This document shows positions 19,436-31,000 of a stretch of DNA of 64,000 bases, in pieces (positions within the stretch are counted from its first letter, which is position 1; each line of letters opens with the position of its first letter). The notes under the pieces are model-generated. The model had not been told where the DNA came from and did not search any database. It was given only the letters and a program-made list of their open reading frames with translations. The position numbers and the translations under genes were made by a program. Origin of the DNA: Promethearchaeota archaeon. GTDB taxonomy: Archaea; Asgardarchaeota; Lokiarchaeia; Sigyniarchaeales; SOKP01. The stretch covers positions 224,001 through 288,000 of the forward strand of contig JBHLOY010000003.1 of NCBI GenBank assembly GCA_048939995.1, in the 5' to 3' direction.

Positions 19436-19804
19436 CTATTTGGCAGTTTCATCTTCCTGCATTATACCTAATTTATTTCCTTCAGTGTCTTTAAACATAT
19501 AGAAGTAGCCAACTCCGGGCACCACAATTTTCGGTGAAACAATAGTCCCTCCATTTTCTTCAATCTTTTCCTTGTATGCATTAACAGAAATTACGCTTAT
19601 ATAATTAAAGATTTGATCATTCGAATCCTCACGCCTTTGAATCCCACCATCAATTCCCTCCTCGTCTTTATCACCCGCTTTAATAGTCCAATACTCAACA
19701 GGACCTTGCCACTTTTCAATGTCCCATCCAAAAGTCTTTTTATAAAAATTTATTGCTCTTTTAGGATCATCAGCATTTATTTCAAAATGATTAATTTTTG
19801 GCAT
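19436..19804 (-). CDS. VOC/glyoxalase family protein
   Basis: MPKINHFEINADDP...FYKKTFGW...GIDGGI...PGVG...KDTEGNKLGI; true start 19804. Confidence 0.9.
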   Translation of the reverse strand: MPKINHFEINADDPKRAINFYKKTFGWDIEKWQGPVEYWTIKAGDKDEEGIDGGIQRREDSNDQIFNYISVISVNAYKEKIEENGGTIVSPKIVVPGVGYFYMFKDTEGNKLGIMQEDETAK

Positions 19805-19937
19805 AAAAATCACATTTTTTTTATTTCTATAAATTAAACTAATATCTAAGATGATATTTATGAATTTCTGATCAAAATATGTAATATAATCCAAATTTTG
19901 AAAATTTTTAAAGAATAATAAAAAAATTAAATATATT

Positions 19938-22900
19938 TCATTTTTCTGGTGATTTTTGAGAATAGTAAACATCTTCAAGGATTTCAAGGTATTCTATCAA
20001 TACTTTACTTGCTATAGATTTTTGTTCATATGATGTTTTAATGCCTCGTAAAAGATATTTGGGAAATATTAAATCTACATAGAAGTCAGATAAAAGAGCA
20101 TAATATTCATTATTAGCTTCATCGCGAAAAACAATCATCATATGATTCTCCCAAAGTAGTTTTAATGCCGTATACGGATCTTTTACTCCCTTTACTTTTA
20201 GCTTTTCTAATTCTTGTCTAGTTATTATTGAAGTTCTTAATAATCTCAATGTTAAATAAACCTGAGGATCGCTTAAAATTTTAACAACATTCAAATTATC
20301 TTCAATCGTAGGATGATAGCTTTGAAAGAATTCCTTAACTTTTTGTATATACTCTTTTTTAAATTGTTTTGGTAATCCCCGGCTAACAGGATTTTCTACT
20401 AAATTTATAGGAGGAACTCGCAACATATAGATGTCATTAATTAAAACAATTAATTCTGAAGGTAATCCCTTAATAGAAACCTGTTTTATAATACCCATCT
20501 TTAGCAAATCAGATAGAATAGCTTCTAAATCGACAAATGTCTCCATAAACTTATCTTTAAACCATATAGTTAACTCAGATTTGATAATTACTCCCATTTC
20601 ATTTAAATTTTCTATAATCATCCGCTTAGCTTCATCTTGATAGCTGAAAGCTAGTATTTCCTCATCACTAAGCGATGGATATAAGGATAAACGTCGGAAA
20701 TAAAATGGCATAAGTTGCTTATAAGAATCATCTTCAAAATTTTCTATGAGACCTCGAAAAACATCAACCAATCCTCCCTCATAAAGATCAGGATCATCGT
20801 CAAAATTTAAAATTAATAGAAGATAATAACCTTGTTCAGGTCCTGAATAGTAAGATAAAATGTTTGAAGTTTCAGTAGTTAACATTGTTATGCCTTTTTC
20901 TCCACTATATTCATGAGTACTATATACTTGCATACAAGTTTTTTCTGAAATTACAATTTTTTCTGGATATTTAGCTAAAATTTCTGTTCCAATTCGTTCA
21001 TTCCATCTCATGAGCGCCAATCCTATAGGATTTAATTCATGAACCTTCCCTATTTCACTGATTCTTCTTTGAGCTCTTTCGCTCTTTTTCACTTTTTCAG
21101 TTTTGATATTTAATATTTGACCTAGAGAAAGACCTACTTTATTCCATTTATGATTTACTTGTTGTACAATGAACTTTTCTTTATTGGGGTATAATAAAGA
21201 TTCCTCAATTGATTTCTGCTTTTTAATAGCTTTTTTCATAGCTCTTACTTTTCTTACAAAAACGGGTATTTTAGCACGGTGGTAAACTCTATATCCAACA
21301 AGACTTCCAACTATCGCAATCGTTGCTGCCACAATTAGTAAGAAATAGAAGGTTGGAAGCCCTGGAAAGATCTCTTCCATCTCAACGACAATTATAATAT
21401 CAAATTCTTGAGAGATATAATCCTCTTTTGTAATATTAATAGTTCCTGTAACTGTGGTAGAGGTGAAAAAGGCATCAATATTATCCGTATAGAAAGTAAA
21501 TGTGTAGGTACCATTCCCAATATACGTAAAATTGTACATATTACCACCTATCGTCAATATTACTGTAGCGTTAAGTAACCAACTATCTTGTTTTGTAGGA
21601 TCCGTTAAAATTAATTGTATTGGAACTGGATTGCCTTTCACTATACTTGTTCTTCTATTTTGGAAGTTATCGCTTAAAATAGGAGTCCCAATCTCTCGTT
21701 TGTTAATTGTTAAAAGCAACATTGCATTTTTACGATCATAATTATCTTTATCTAAAGCAATAATTAGAAGATATTCACCCACCATTCGTGATTGTGTATT
21801 AAAGTCTAAGATGTAAGTATTGTCTGAAGTTGTAATCATATTTTCTTGACCACTTTCAATTACATTACCTGCTTGATCATAGCGTTCCCAAAGATAATAT
21901 TGAGTTACTAAGTTTGTAATTTTATTTCCGCTTAAAGTATCCCTATATACAAATGTAAAATTAACCGTATCTTTAATGTAAATACTTTCAATTTTTCTGA
22001 AAAATTCTGAAGACTGGTTTAATAGGGTGGGGCGATTTAAAACATTTAATTTTAAATCTTTTATAGCTGAACTGAAATGGGCTTTTTGTGAAGTAAATCG
22101 TACAGTATATCGATCAGCATCAAGTAAAGACGTATCAATTGTCTTTAGGTAATATCCTAAGCTGGGATAATATGAAGTTGTTCCATAAATGGAAGGGCTC
22201 TCAACAACAACATATGATAAAGAGCCTATTGTTTCATATGATACTGTTCGTGAATATTTAATTGAAAATTGAAGCGTGAAATTTACCTGGAAACCAGTTT
22301 CAATAACTGTATGAAAGATTTGTTCTTTAGTGAACCCTCGTAGGGAAAAGGTTCCTATACCAAGAGTAAAATCAGATACCGCATACTTTTGTCCACCAAT
22401 GGTGATATTCATTGCTAAATATGAGGGGTGAAAATAAGTTGAACCACTTTTTATTTCTTTAACCCATAAAAATGCTTCGAGTTCATTCCAATGACTTTCA
22501 CCGGCGTCTACTTGAAAAAAACCTCCATTAGTGATTCCTGATTCTATTATCGTGAGATTAAGTGTTTCCAAACGGAGGTTCTGATAAAAACCTTGAACAT
22601 ATTCAACATAGATGATTGTATTAAAGATGATATTAGGCTGACTTTCAATTGTAAAAACAAATTTGTTGCCAATAGGATAGATGAGTCTATCATCGATGGT
22701 TAAGGAACCTGTTCCATTCGTATAACCATAATCTAGTGTATAGCTAAACCCTTCGTTTGTACTAACATTCAAGGAGCTCAAACTTGATAAATCTACAACA
22801 CTCCAATCAGAGGTGTTATAGCACTCAAATATCTCAAAACTGATGTTATTAATTGTCCAACCTTCCACTTCTGTTAAAATAGATATCTCATTACTAACAT

Positions 22901-25900
22901 TAAATTTTGAATATTGAACATCAATTGAATCTCTAATAAAGTATACATCTGCTATAATATCAATGGAGTTATCAAAAGAACCTCCAATTATGAACTCAAA
23001 AATGTTATTATGTGTAGGGCTAGCTTTATTTATATTTAAGGTAATTCCTTTCCACGTACGCCCCAAATAATCCCATCCACTATAATTGGAACTATGGAAC
23101 ATATAAAAGTTTCCAAAAGGGTCTTCAACGGTAATGTTAATGTCAGATACACCAACATTCCATGAAATATTATAAAGATTTAACACTATTTTGGATAAAT
23201 TCCAATGGGTTTCTAAATCAGAAATTAATAAATCAAATTCATGATTGATATTCTGGAAGAGAGCATTTTCTATAGTAAGGATTTCAGAATTACTGCCATA
23301 TGAGCTCAATGTCATATTAGCAGTTTCTAACCAATATACAGATTGATCAGAATCATTATTATCAGATTGATTTAATTCTAAGTCATTATTTAAAACGTCT
23401 AGCTGAAAAATTAAGTCAGAGGGAATAACATAGCCTGATTTATAAGCTGAAATTATAATTATATACTTTTTCGCACTCTCCAGTTGTTTTGTGTTTATCT
23501 CTATAAAGTGTCTCCCTAGGTTGCCTATCTCCTTTAAAAATGTTCCTGATTTTACAATGACCCCCCCAAATAATAAGTCATATGTCATTGAGTCTGCATA
23601 TGTAGGTCCTAAAAGATCTTTATAATCTTCTTCTACTTTACTAACATTAAATAAAGTCCGAAGCTTTAATACAGAACCCCAATCAATTTCAATATAATCT
23701 GTTGGATTTAATGATACCAACTCCGTTTGAAAATTACTTAAACCTGCTATCGAAAACCTAAATTCGTATGAATCTTTATTTACAACTGTAAAGCTATAAT
23801 TATTCCAATTAGGAAGGCCTCCAACAGTTCGATTGAAATCTTGGTTCCTTCCATAAAATTCGATTTGAAGACAATAGTCTCCATTAATCTCAAATGAATT
23901 CAACCACTTTAAAGTTGCTTTTCCATTTATGTTGGTGGTTAAATTAACAATACTTAATCCTAATGGATCGTTAACAGTTAACTTAAGTTTAACACCACTT
24001 ACTGGAGTAATTGGAGCATCAAAAGTTAGGACAGTAAATTCTACAGTAGTCAAATTTACTTGAATTGGGATAGTCTCATTAAAAGTAGTGATATCTCCTG
24101 AAGCAAGTTTGATAGTATGTGGGTTATAAATTGGATTGCTATAATATACCGAATAGTTATAAAAAGAGGGAGGTTCATCAACCCACCAAAATTTTGTATG
24201 TCCTGAAGAATCTATTACACACTTTTGTAGTGGTTGCGTAGCATTACCTACAATTATCCAACCAGATTCAACAGGATTGGAATCTACATCAATTATTTCA
24301 AAGAAATGAGTGCTCACATCACAAATTAGATTAATGGTTTGAAATGGTTGATCAAGCATAATTGCCTGAGATGTAGTATTTACAACTGCAACAATATTTC
24401 CAATATTTGAACGAATAGTTGCGGTAAAATTATATTCCCCTTCAAAGATGTCTGTGAAACTCACACTACCATTAATGCTGGTGATATCTTGTTCTATTAA
24501 ATCCAAATTCTGATACATTGAAATAGTAACATTAGGTAGTAAATTACCATATAAATCCAATGCGTTAATTAAAACATCTACTTCTATGACCGGTTTAGAA
24601 TGTTTTTCAGTACTTACATTGTAAAAATTATTAGGACTATATTGATTGTTATATTCAGTTTCAATCCATCCTTCCGATCTGTAATCATTTAATACCCGAA
24701 ATTCATCTAAATATCCCTTGAAGCTATTTGAAAATCTACCAAAATAAAAGGAACTCGTATCTGCAATAAGAGAATACCCTCCTATATTTGTCGAAGGCCC
24801 TAATTGACCATTATTATATGTTTTTAGGTAGGTTCCATCGTAGGAATATGTAATATAGTTCCATTCTAACCGATTAACCACTACATTATTATATGTCGTA
24901 CCACGAGTAACGAATTGAATGTCAGATTGATATCTTGCTGTACCTGGAGGGAACCCACTTAGCCTCCAAAATCGATTCAATCTAACAGAAGATAGTTTGT
25001 AAAATACTGACCCTTCTGTTGCTTCCATTTCTGCATCAGTTGCATAATTAGGGTAAACCCAAAAAGAAAAGGTAAATTTACTATCCCCATTAAAAAATTC
25101 TGATCCTCTATTGATAAGTATTCTATTATCACCCGATCCTGAAAAATATCTAGCTCCATCTATAATACTTGTTCCATAAAACTGAGTACCATAAGGAGTT
25201 CCATCATAATCATTTGAAGTTGAATCTTTAATATAATCCCCTGTGCCTGAGACTTCACTGAAGTGCCATACTGATTTATAATCCAGCCATACTCCTATTG
25301 GATTTTGGCGAGAATTCATAGTAAAATTGCCATAATGCATAATTATTTCAGTATCCTCTGCCGTAGATAAAAATGGTATACGTACCCAAGCAATCAATTG
25401 TGCGTGAGAACTATTATAGCCTTGATTAAATAATTCTATTTGGTGGTCTAACCATTGACCCCCAAATGAAAAGGCAATATCATCTCCATCAGATTGTACA
25501 TCAAAGCGCAAGTCTTTATCAAGAATAGAGACCAAAAGAGGAAAATTAACATGACTTCCTTCTCCAATTACTTTTGTGTGGTCGATTGTAATTATTTTAT
25601 GATAATCAAAGTAATCCGCATTTGGAGTAATCTCATTTACTACTTCTTCTCCTCCTACTGAACCAAATGAACTAGGATTATTCAGGTTATCATATTCTGT
25701 TTTTAACCAGTCATCTGACCGAGTTGTGGATGAAATTCTAACCTCGTCAATGATCGCATCAATAGGTCTATTTCCCGTAGGACTATTTCCAATTGTTATT
25801 GGCCAATTATTTTCACGCAAGGATCCTGTTTTAGCTAGTGTGAAAACAGTGTTTCCATCTAAAACAAGATTTATATTTGAGCCATCATATCTGATTGACA

Positions 25901-27917
25901 TTAAATACCATGTATCGATTGAGAGAGGACCTGATGTAGCTTCTAGCGTAGAAGTGCCAGTTAAATCATCATTTCCAGTTTTAATCCTTCCTCGCGAGAA
26001 ATATGGACCATTTTCGTTTAATGATTGATTGTATGAACCGAGCATCCATACATGATCTTGAGCATTATCACTCGTACCTGAATTCTTAGACAAAATACGA
26101 GCATCACTATACCCTGACCAAATTGAATCAAAAGATTCATATTTAACCCATGCTTGTATAGTTATCTTACTTCCTGAAACACTCCACGTTCCTATATTAA
26201 TATTATCACTTGCATCATCATGTTCAAAATCTTGGCCATCACCTATCTTTCCTTTCACATCTACTGAACCCGTATTAATTCCATCTCTATTATGAGAAGT
26301 GGCGTCCAAAAAGTCATCATCTAAATGATAAACACCTTCATAATTACTATCCCAAACACCCTCTGGGTTTTCTCGAGCGTTCATGGTGGAATTTCCATAA
26401 TACATAGTAATAGTTGTATTAATACTAGAATATAAATTAGGAATTTGAACCCATACGGTTAATTGAGCCTCTGTACTGCTATAGGATTGATTAAATATTA
26501 AAATATCATGATCTAACCAATCTCCGTCGGCTGCAAAAGCAATATCATCCCCATCTGACTGAGCATGGTATTTTAAATCCTTATCAACAATCGAAAACAA
26601 AAAGGGAAAATTGCTATGAATCCCACTCCCCGATACTTCATTATGATCTATTGTAATAAGTTTATAATAAGCGAAATAATGTGAATTTGGAGGCTCCCAA
26701 ACAACAGCCTTTTCATTTCCAATAGTAGAAAAAGAATTAGGATTATATTGATTATTGTATTCTGTTAATATCCAGCTACTTGAAAGAGTACTTTGGAGAA
26801 TCCTAAACTCTGAAATTGCCCCCGGACCCCAAACACCTGACCCGCCAAGCGTTGCTAAAATTGAAAATTGATCCCATGGTAGATGTGGATATCCGAGATC
26901 TGAACTACTATCATCTAAGTCTAATGTGCCATTTACATATTCATACGAACTTTGTAAACTCAAAGACCTAAAATAAGTAAATTGAAACCATTTATCAGCT
27001 GGCCATGAGTTTTTAATCCCATAAATTCCTTCACTATTATCTGTTGTTGTCTCTAAATAAACATTAACAGTTCCACTGGTTGTAAATCTCATTTCTGGTG
27101 ATAAATCGGGAGTATTACCTTGGAAAAAGGCCATATTAGGACTTCCACTGGCGATTGTATTATCAGGTTTAAACCAAGTTTGAAATGCCATATCATTTAT
27201 AGGACCATTGATACCATTTATGTAAAAATAATCATTACTTCCATCAACAGAAATTGCTGTGCCTACCTTTCCATCATAAAAACGTGTATCACTACTAAAT
27301 CCTGTTGTAGTTAAATCATAATCATTTGAAGTACTATCTAAAATATTAGAAGATGAAGGATCTTGATTCATATGCCATACCGCCACATAATTACTACTCC
27401 ATACTCCAGCTGGATTTTGTCGTGAATTCATTGTCGAGTTTCCATAATACATTCTAATGATTGTATCGATAGTAGCTGATAGTGCTGGAATTCGAACCCA
27501 AACAACCAATTTAGCATGTGTTGTATTATATGCTTGATCAAATAACTCAATTTCATGATCTAACCAAATATTGTTAGAAGAAAAAGCAATGTCATTTCCG
27601 TTAGATTGAACATCAGAACGTAAATCAGCATCAAAAATTGAGATGAGAAATGGAAAATTGGTAAGTCCACTAGTTCCTGAAACTTGATTATGATCTATGG
27701 TTATTGTTTTATAATAGGTGAAATAATTAGCATGGAGGGGAGCACTTAACTTCAATTTTTCATCATTAATATCTTTATTTTTCATAAATCCATTATTGGA
27801 TAATATTGATAAAAAAGGCATGCTGATTAACATCGGGAATAAAATTGTGAACAATAAGAATAGATATGCCTTAATTTTTCTTTTTGTCTTGATTGATATA
27901 ATTTTGTTAGCTTTCAT
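19938..27917 (-). CDS. Giant surface protein A: signal/TM, 3x(DUF2341+LamG-like), beta-rich stalk, TM, cytoplasmic longin-like + winged-helix tail
   Basis: Three YF.YYK.ITIDH...NFP...DIAF...WV.IP...YYGN modules, each followed by a jellyroll ending DE.RI; many N-x-S/T sequons; TM FYFLLIVAATIAIVGSLVGY; ~440-aa intracellular region. ATG 27917 preferred; the track starts at 27932. Confidence 0.85.
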   Translation of the reverse strand: MKANKIISIKTKRKIKAYLFLLFTILFPMLISMPFLSILSNNGFMKNKDINDEKLKLSAPLHANYFTYYKTITIDHNQVSGTSGLTNFPFLISIFDADLRSDVQSNGNDIAFSSNNIWLDHEIELFDQAYNTTHAKLVVWVRIPALSATIDTIIRMYYGNSTMNSRQNPAGVWSSNYVAVWHMNQDPSSSNILDSTSNDYDLTTTGFSSDTRFYDGKVGTAISVDGSNDYFYINGINGPINDMAFQTWFKPDNTIASGSPNMAFFQGNTPDLSPEMRFTTSGTVNVYLETTTDNSEGIYGIKNSWPADKWFQFTYFRSLSLQSSYEYVNGTLDLDDSSSDLGYPHLPWDQFSILATLGGSGVWGPGAISEFRILQSTLSSSWILTEYNNQYNPNSFSTIGNEKAVVWEPPNSHYFAYYKLITIDHNEVSGSGIHSNFPFLFSIVDKDLKYHAQSDGDDIAFAADGDWLDHDILIFNQSYSSTEAQLTVWVQIPNLYSSINTTITMYYGNSTMNARENPEGVWDSNYEGVYHLDDDFLDATSHNRDGINTGSVDVKGKIGDGQDFEHDDASDNINIGTWSVSGSKITIQAWVKYESFDSIWSGYSDARILSKNSGTSDNAQDHVWMLGSYNQSLNENGPYFSRGRIKTGNDDLTGTSTLEATSGPLSIDTWYLMSIRYDGSNINLVLDGNTVFTLAKTGSLRENNWPITIGNSPTGNRPIDAIIDEVRISSTTRSDDWLKTEYDNLNNPSSFGSVGGEEVVNEITPNADYFDYHKIITIDHTKVIGEGSHVNFPLLVSILDKDLRFDVQSDGDDIAFSFGGQWLDHQIELFNQGYNSSHAQLIAWVRIPFLSTAEDTEIIMHYGNFTMNSRQNPIGVWLDYKSVWHFSEVSGTGDYIKDSTSNDYDGTPYGTQFYGTSIIDGARYFSGSGDNRILINRGSEFFNGDSKFTFSFWVYPNYATDAEMEATEGSVFYKLSSVRLNRFWRLSGFPPGTARYQSDIQFVTRGTTYNNVVVNRLEWNYITYSYDGTYLKTYNNGQLGPSTNIGGYSLIADTSSFYFGRFSNSFKGYLDEFRVLNDYRSEGWIETEYNNQYSPNNFYNVSTEKHSKPVIEVDVLINALDLYGNLLPNVTISMYQNLDLIEQDITSINGSVSFTDIFEGEYNFTATIRSNIGNIVAVVNTTSQAIMLDQPFQTINLICDVSTHFFEIIDVDSNPVESGWIIVGNATQPLQKCVIDSSGHTKFWWVDEPPSFYNYSVYYSNPIYNPHTIKLASGDITTFNETIPIQVNLTTVEFTVLTFDAPITPVSGVKLKLTVNDPLGLSIVNLTTNINGKATLKWLNSFEINGDYCLQIEFYGRNQDFNRTVGGLPNWNNYSFTVVNKDSYEFRFSIAGLSNFQTELVSLNPTDYIEIDWGSVLKLRTLFNVSKVEEDYKDLLGPTYADSMTYDLLFGGVIVKSGTFLKEIGNLGRHFIEINTKQLESAKKYIIIISAYKSGYVIPSDLIFQLDVLNNDLELNQSDNNDSDQSVYWLETANMTLSSYGSNSEILTIENALFQNINHEFDLLISDLETHWNLSKIVLNLYNISWNVGVSDINITVEDPFGNFYMFHSSNYSGWDYLGRTWKGITLNINKASPTHNNIFEFIIGGSFDNSIDIIADVYFIRDSIDVQYSKFNVSNEISILTEVEGWTINNISFEIFECYNTSDWSVVDLSSLSSLNVSTNEGFSYTLDYGYTNGTGSLTIDDRLIYPIGNKFVFTIESQPNIIFNTIIYVEYVQGFYQNLRLETLNLTIIESGITNGGFFQVDAGESHWNELEAFLWVKEIKSGSTYFHPSYLAMNITIGGQKYAVSDFTLGIGTFSLRGFTKEQIFHTVIETGFQVNFTLQFSIKYSRTVSYETIGSLSYVVVESPSIYGTTSYYPSLGYYLKTIDTSLLDADRYTVRFTSQKAHFSSAIKDLKLNVLNRPTLLNQSSEFFRKIESIYIKDTVNFTFVYRDTLSGNKITNLVTQYYLWERYDQAGNVIESGQENMITTSDNTYILDFNTQSRMVGEYLLIIALDKDNYDRKNAMLLLTINKREIGTPILSDNFQNRRTSIVKGNPVPIQLILTDPTKQDSWLLNATVILTIGGNMYNFTYIGNGTYTFTFYTDNIDAFFTSTTVTGTINITKEDYISQEFDIIIVVEMEEIFPGLPTFYFLLIVAATIAIVGSLVGYRVYHRAKIPVFVRKVRAMKKAIKKQKSIEESLLYPNKEKFIVQQVNHKWNKVGLSLGQILNIKTEKVKKSERAQRRISEIGKVHELNPIGLALMRWNERIGTEILAKYPEKIVISEKTCMQVYSTHEYSGEKGITMLTTETSNILSYYSGPEQGYYLLLILNFDDDPDLYEGGLVDVFRGLIENFEDDSYKQLMPFYFRRLSLYPSLSDEEILAFSYQDEAKRMIIENLNEMGVIIKSELTIWFKDKFMETFVDLEAILSDLLKMGIIKQVSIKGLPSELIVLINDIYMLRVPPINLVENPVSRGLPKQFKKEYIQKVKEFFQSYHPTIEDNLNVVKILSDPQVYLTLRLLRTSIITRQELEKLKVKGVKDPYTALKLLWENHMMIVFRDEANNEYYALLSDFYVDLIFPKYLLRGIKTSYEQKSIASKVLIEYLEILEDVYYSQKSPEK

Positions 27918-28023
27918 CTTTATCAAATTCAACTATAAAATAATTTTGTGTAAAATATATATATTAAAAAAAAAATAGTGTAATTTGTATTTATATTTGA
28001 AGTTTGCAAGAACAAGAGTAGCT

Positions 28024-31000
28024 TCACTCCCCTTTAGATTTTTCCAAGTTTTTTAAATTAAAATATACCTCTTCTAGAATTGTAAGATACTCAATTAAGG
28101 CTTTCTTATTTTTCGACTTTTGCTCATATTCAATTTTCACTGCTTTCAATAAATATTTTGGAAAAAGATATTCAATATAGACATCTGAAAGGAGTGCATA
28201 GTATTCAATGTTCTTATCATCATGATACACTTTTATCATCTGATTATCCCAGAGAATTTTTAAGACACCATAAATATCATCAACGCCTTTCTGTCTAAGC
28301 TTCTCAAGATCTTGTCTTGTTACGATCGCAGTTCTTAAAAGTCTCAAAGTCTCATATACTTGTGGATTAGTTAAGATCTTAGCTATTTTAATGTTGTCTT
28401 CTTCTGCTGGGCGATAATTCTGAAAAAAGCTCGTTACATCATTGGGATATTCAGTAGTAAATTGACGAGGTAAGCCATGGCTAGTTGGTTTATCAAGTAA
28501 TTTAAGTGGTGGGATTCTTAAGATAAATATATCATTAGTGAGAAAAACTAATTCTGATGGGATTTTCTTTACCGAACTAATTTTTATAATTTCTAGTTTA
28601 ACAAGTTCATTTAAGATCGCCTCCATATCAAAAAAGCCTTCCATATATTTATCTTTAAGCAATATTGTTAACTCTGATTTAGTTATAACTCCATCATCTC
28701 TTAGTAAATTGATAATAGTACGTATAATCTTGTTATGATAAGCAAGTGCAAGAGATTCTTCAGAACTAAGTGATGGATATAATGATAAGCGCTGAAAAAG
28801 TGGCTTAACCATCTGGATATTTAATTCATCCTCACGATTTTCTAAAAGAGTTTGTAAAATATTAGCCATTCCACCTTCATAAAGATCGGGATCATCATCT
28901 AAACCTAAAATTAAAACAAGATAATAACCTTGTTCAGGTCCAGCATAATAAGATAATAAATTTGATCCCTCTGTAGTTAACATTATAATCCCTTTTTCTC
29001 CACTATATTCATGTGTACTATATATTTGCATTAGCGTTTTACTCGATAACTGTATATCTTCGGGATATTTACTTAATACTTCCATTCCAATTCTCTCATC
29101 CCATTTCATTAAAAATAAACCACCTGGTTTTTTATCTTGGGTTTTAGTTATTTGTGAAGGCCTTCCTTTGATTATTGCTTCCTCTTTTTCTTTCTCAATG
29201 GTAATTCCAAGTATCTCTTCTATTGATAATCCAATCTTCGCCCAATCTTTTTTTATAATCTTCCCAATGAATACTTGTTTATCACTATAAAGTAGTGATT
29301 CAGCAATACTATCATCTTTTTTAATAGCTTTTTTCATTGCCCTTACTCTTCTTACAAAAGCGGGAATTTTGGCATAATGATAAACTCTATATCCAACGAT
29401 ACTTCCTACTATCGCGATAGTTGCAGCTAAAATTAGTAGGAAATAAAAGGTTGGCATCCCTGGAAAGATTTGTTCCATTTCAACGACAATAATAATATCA
29501 AATTCTTGAGAAATATAATCCTCTTTTGTGATATTGATAGTTCCTGTAAATGTAACCGATGTGAAAAAGGCATCAACATTATTCGTAGAAAACGTAAATG
29601 TGTATACACCATTCCCAATATGCGTAAAATTGTATACATTTCCACCCATCGTCAATATTACTGTAGCGTTAAGTAACCTAATATCATTTTTTGTAGGATC
29701 AGTCAGAATTAATTGTATTGGAACCAGATTGCCTTTCACTACACTTGTTTGTCTATTTTGGAAGTTATCACTTAAAATAGGAATCCCGATCTCTCGCTTT
29801 TTAATAGTCAAAAATAACATTGCATTCTTATAATCATAATTTATTCTTTCTAAAATAACAATTAGGAGATACTCCCCTACTAATCGTGATTGTGTATTAA
29901 AGTCTAAGATATAGGTATTATCCGTAGCGGTAATTATATTTCCTTGACCACTTTCAATTACATTACCTGCTTGATCATAGCGTTCCCAAAGGTAATATTT
30001 AGTTTCTAAGTTGGCAATTTTGGCTCCGCTTATTGCATCAGTATAGACAAAAGTGAAATTAACTGTATCCTTTATATAAATGCTTTCAATTTTTCTAAAA
30101 AAGTCTGAAGACTGGTTTAATAAAGTAGGGCGATTCAAGACATTCAAATTTAAATCTTTTATAGCTGCACCAAAATGGGCTTTTTGTAAAGTAAATCGTA
30201 CAGTATATTGATCAGTATCAAGCAAAGACGTATCAATTGTCTTTAGGTAATATCCTAAACTGGGATAATATGAAGCAGTTCCATAGATGGAAGGATTCTC
30301 AACAATTGAATACGATAAAGAACCTATTGTTTCATACGATACCGTTCGTGAATACTTGATTGAAAGTTGAAGGGTGAAATTTACCTGGAAAGCAGTTTCA
30401 ATAACCGCATGTAGGATTTGTTCTTTCGTAAAGCCTCTTAGCGAGAATGTTCCCATACCGAGAGTAACATCAGATATTGCATATTTTTGCCCTCCAATAG
30501 TGATATTCATTGCTAAATCTGAGGGGAGGAAATAAGTTGAACCACTTTTTATTTCTTTAACCCATAAAAATGCTTCGAGTTCATTCCAATGACTTTCGCC
30601 GGCGTCTACTTGTATCATACCTCCATTAGTGATCCCTGGTTCTACTATCGTGAGATTAAATGTTTCCAAACGGAGGTTCTGATAAAAGCCTTGAACATAT
30701 TCAACATAAATGATTGCATTAAAGATAATATAAGGCTGACTTTCAATTGTAAATACAAATTGGTTTCCAATAGAATAAATCTGTCTATCATCGATGGTTA
30801 AGGAGCCTGTTCCATTCGTATAGCCATGATCTAGTGCATATATAAACCCTTCGTTTGTACTAATATTCAGAATACTTAAACTTGATAAATCCACGACACT
30901 CCAATTAGAGGTGTTATAACACTCAAATATCTCAAAAGTGATGTTATCTATTGTCCAGCCTTCTACTTCCGTTAAAAGAGATATCTCATTGCTAACATTA

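Noticed and set aside
19805-19987. N-terminal extension of the VOC ORF in the track
   Set aside because: AT-rich non-homologous sequence overlapping giant gene A; the family start is MPKINHFEI at 19804
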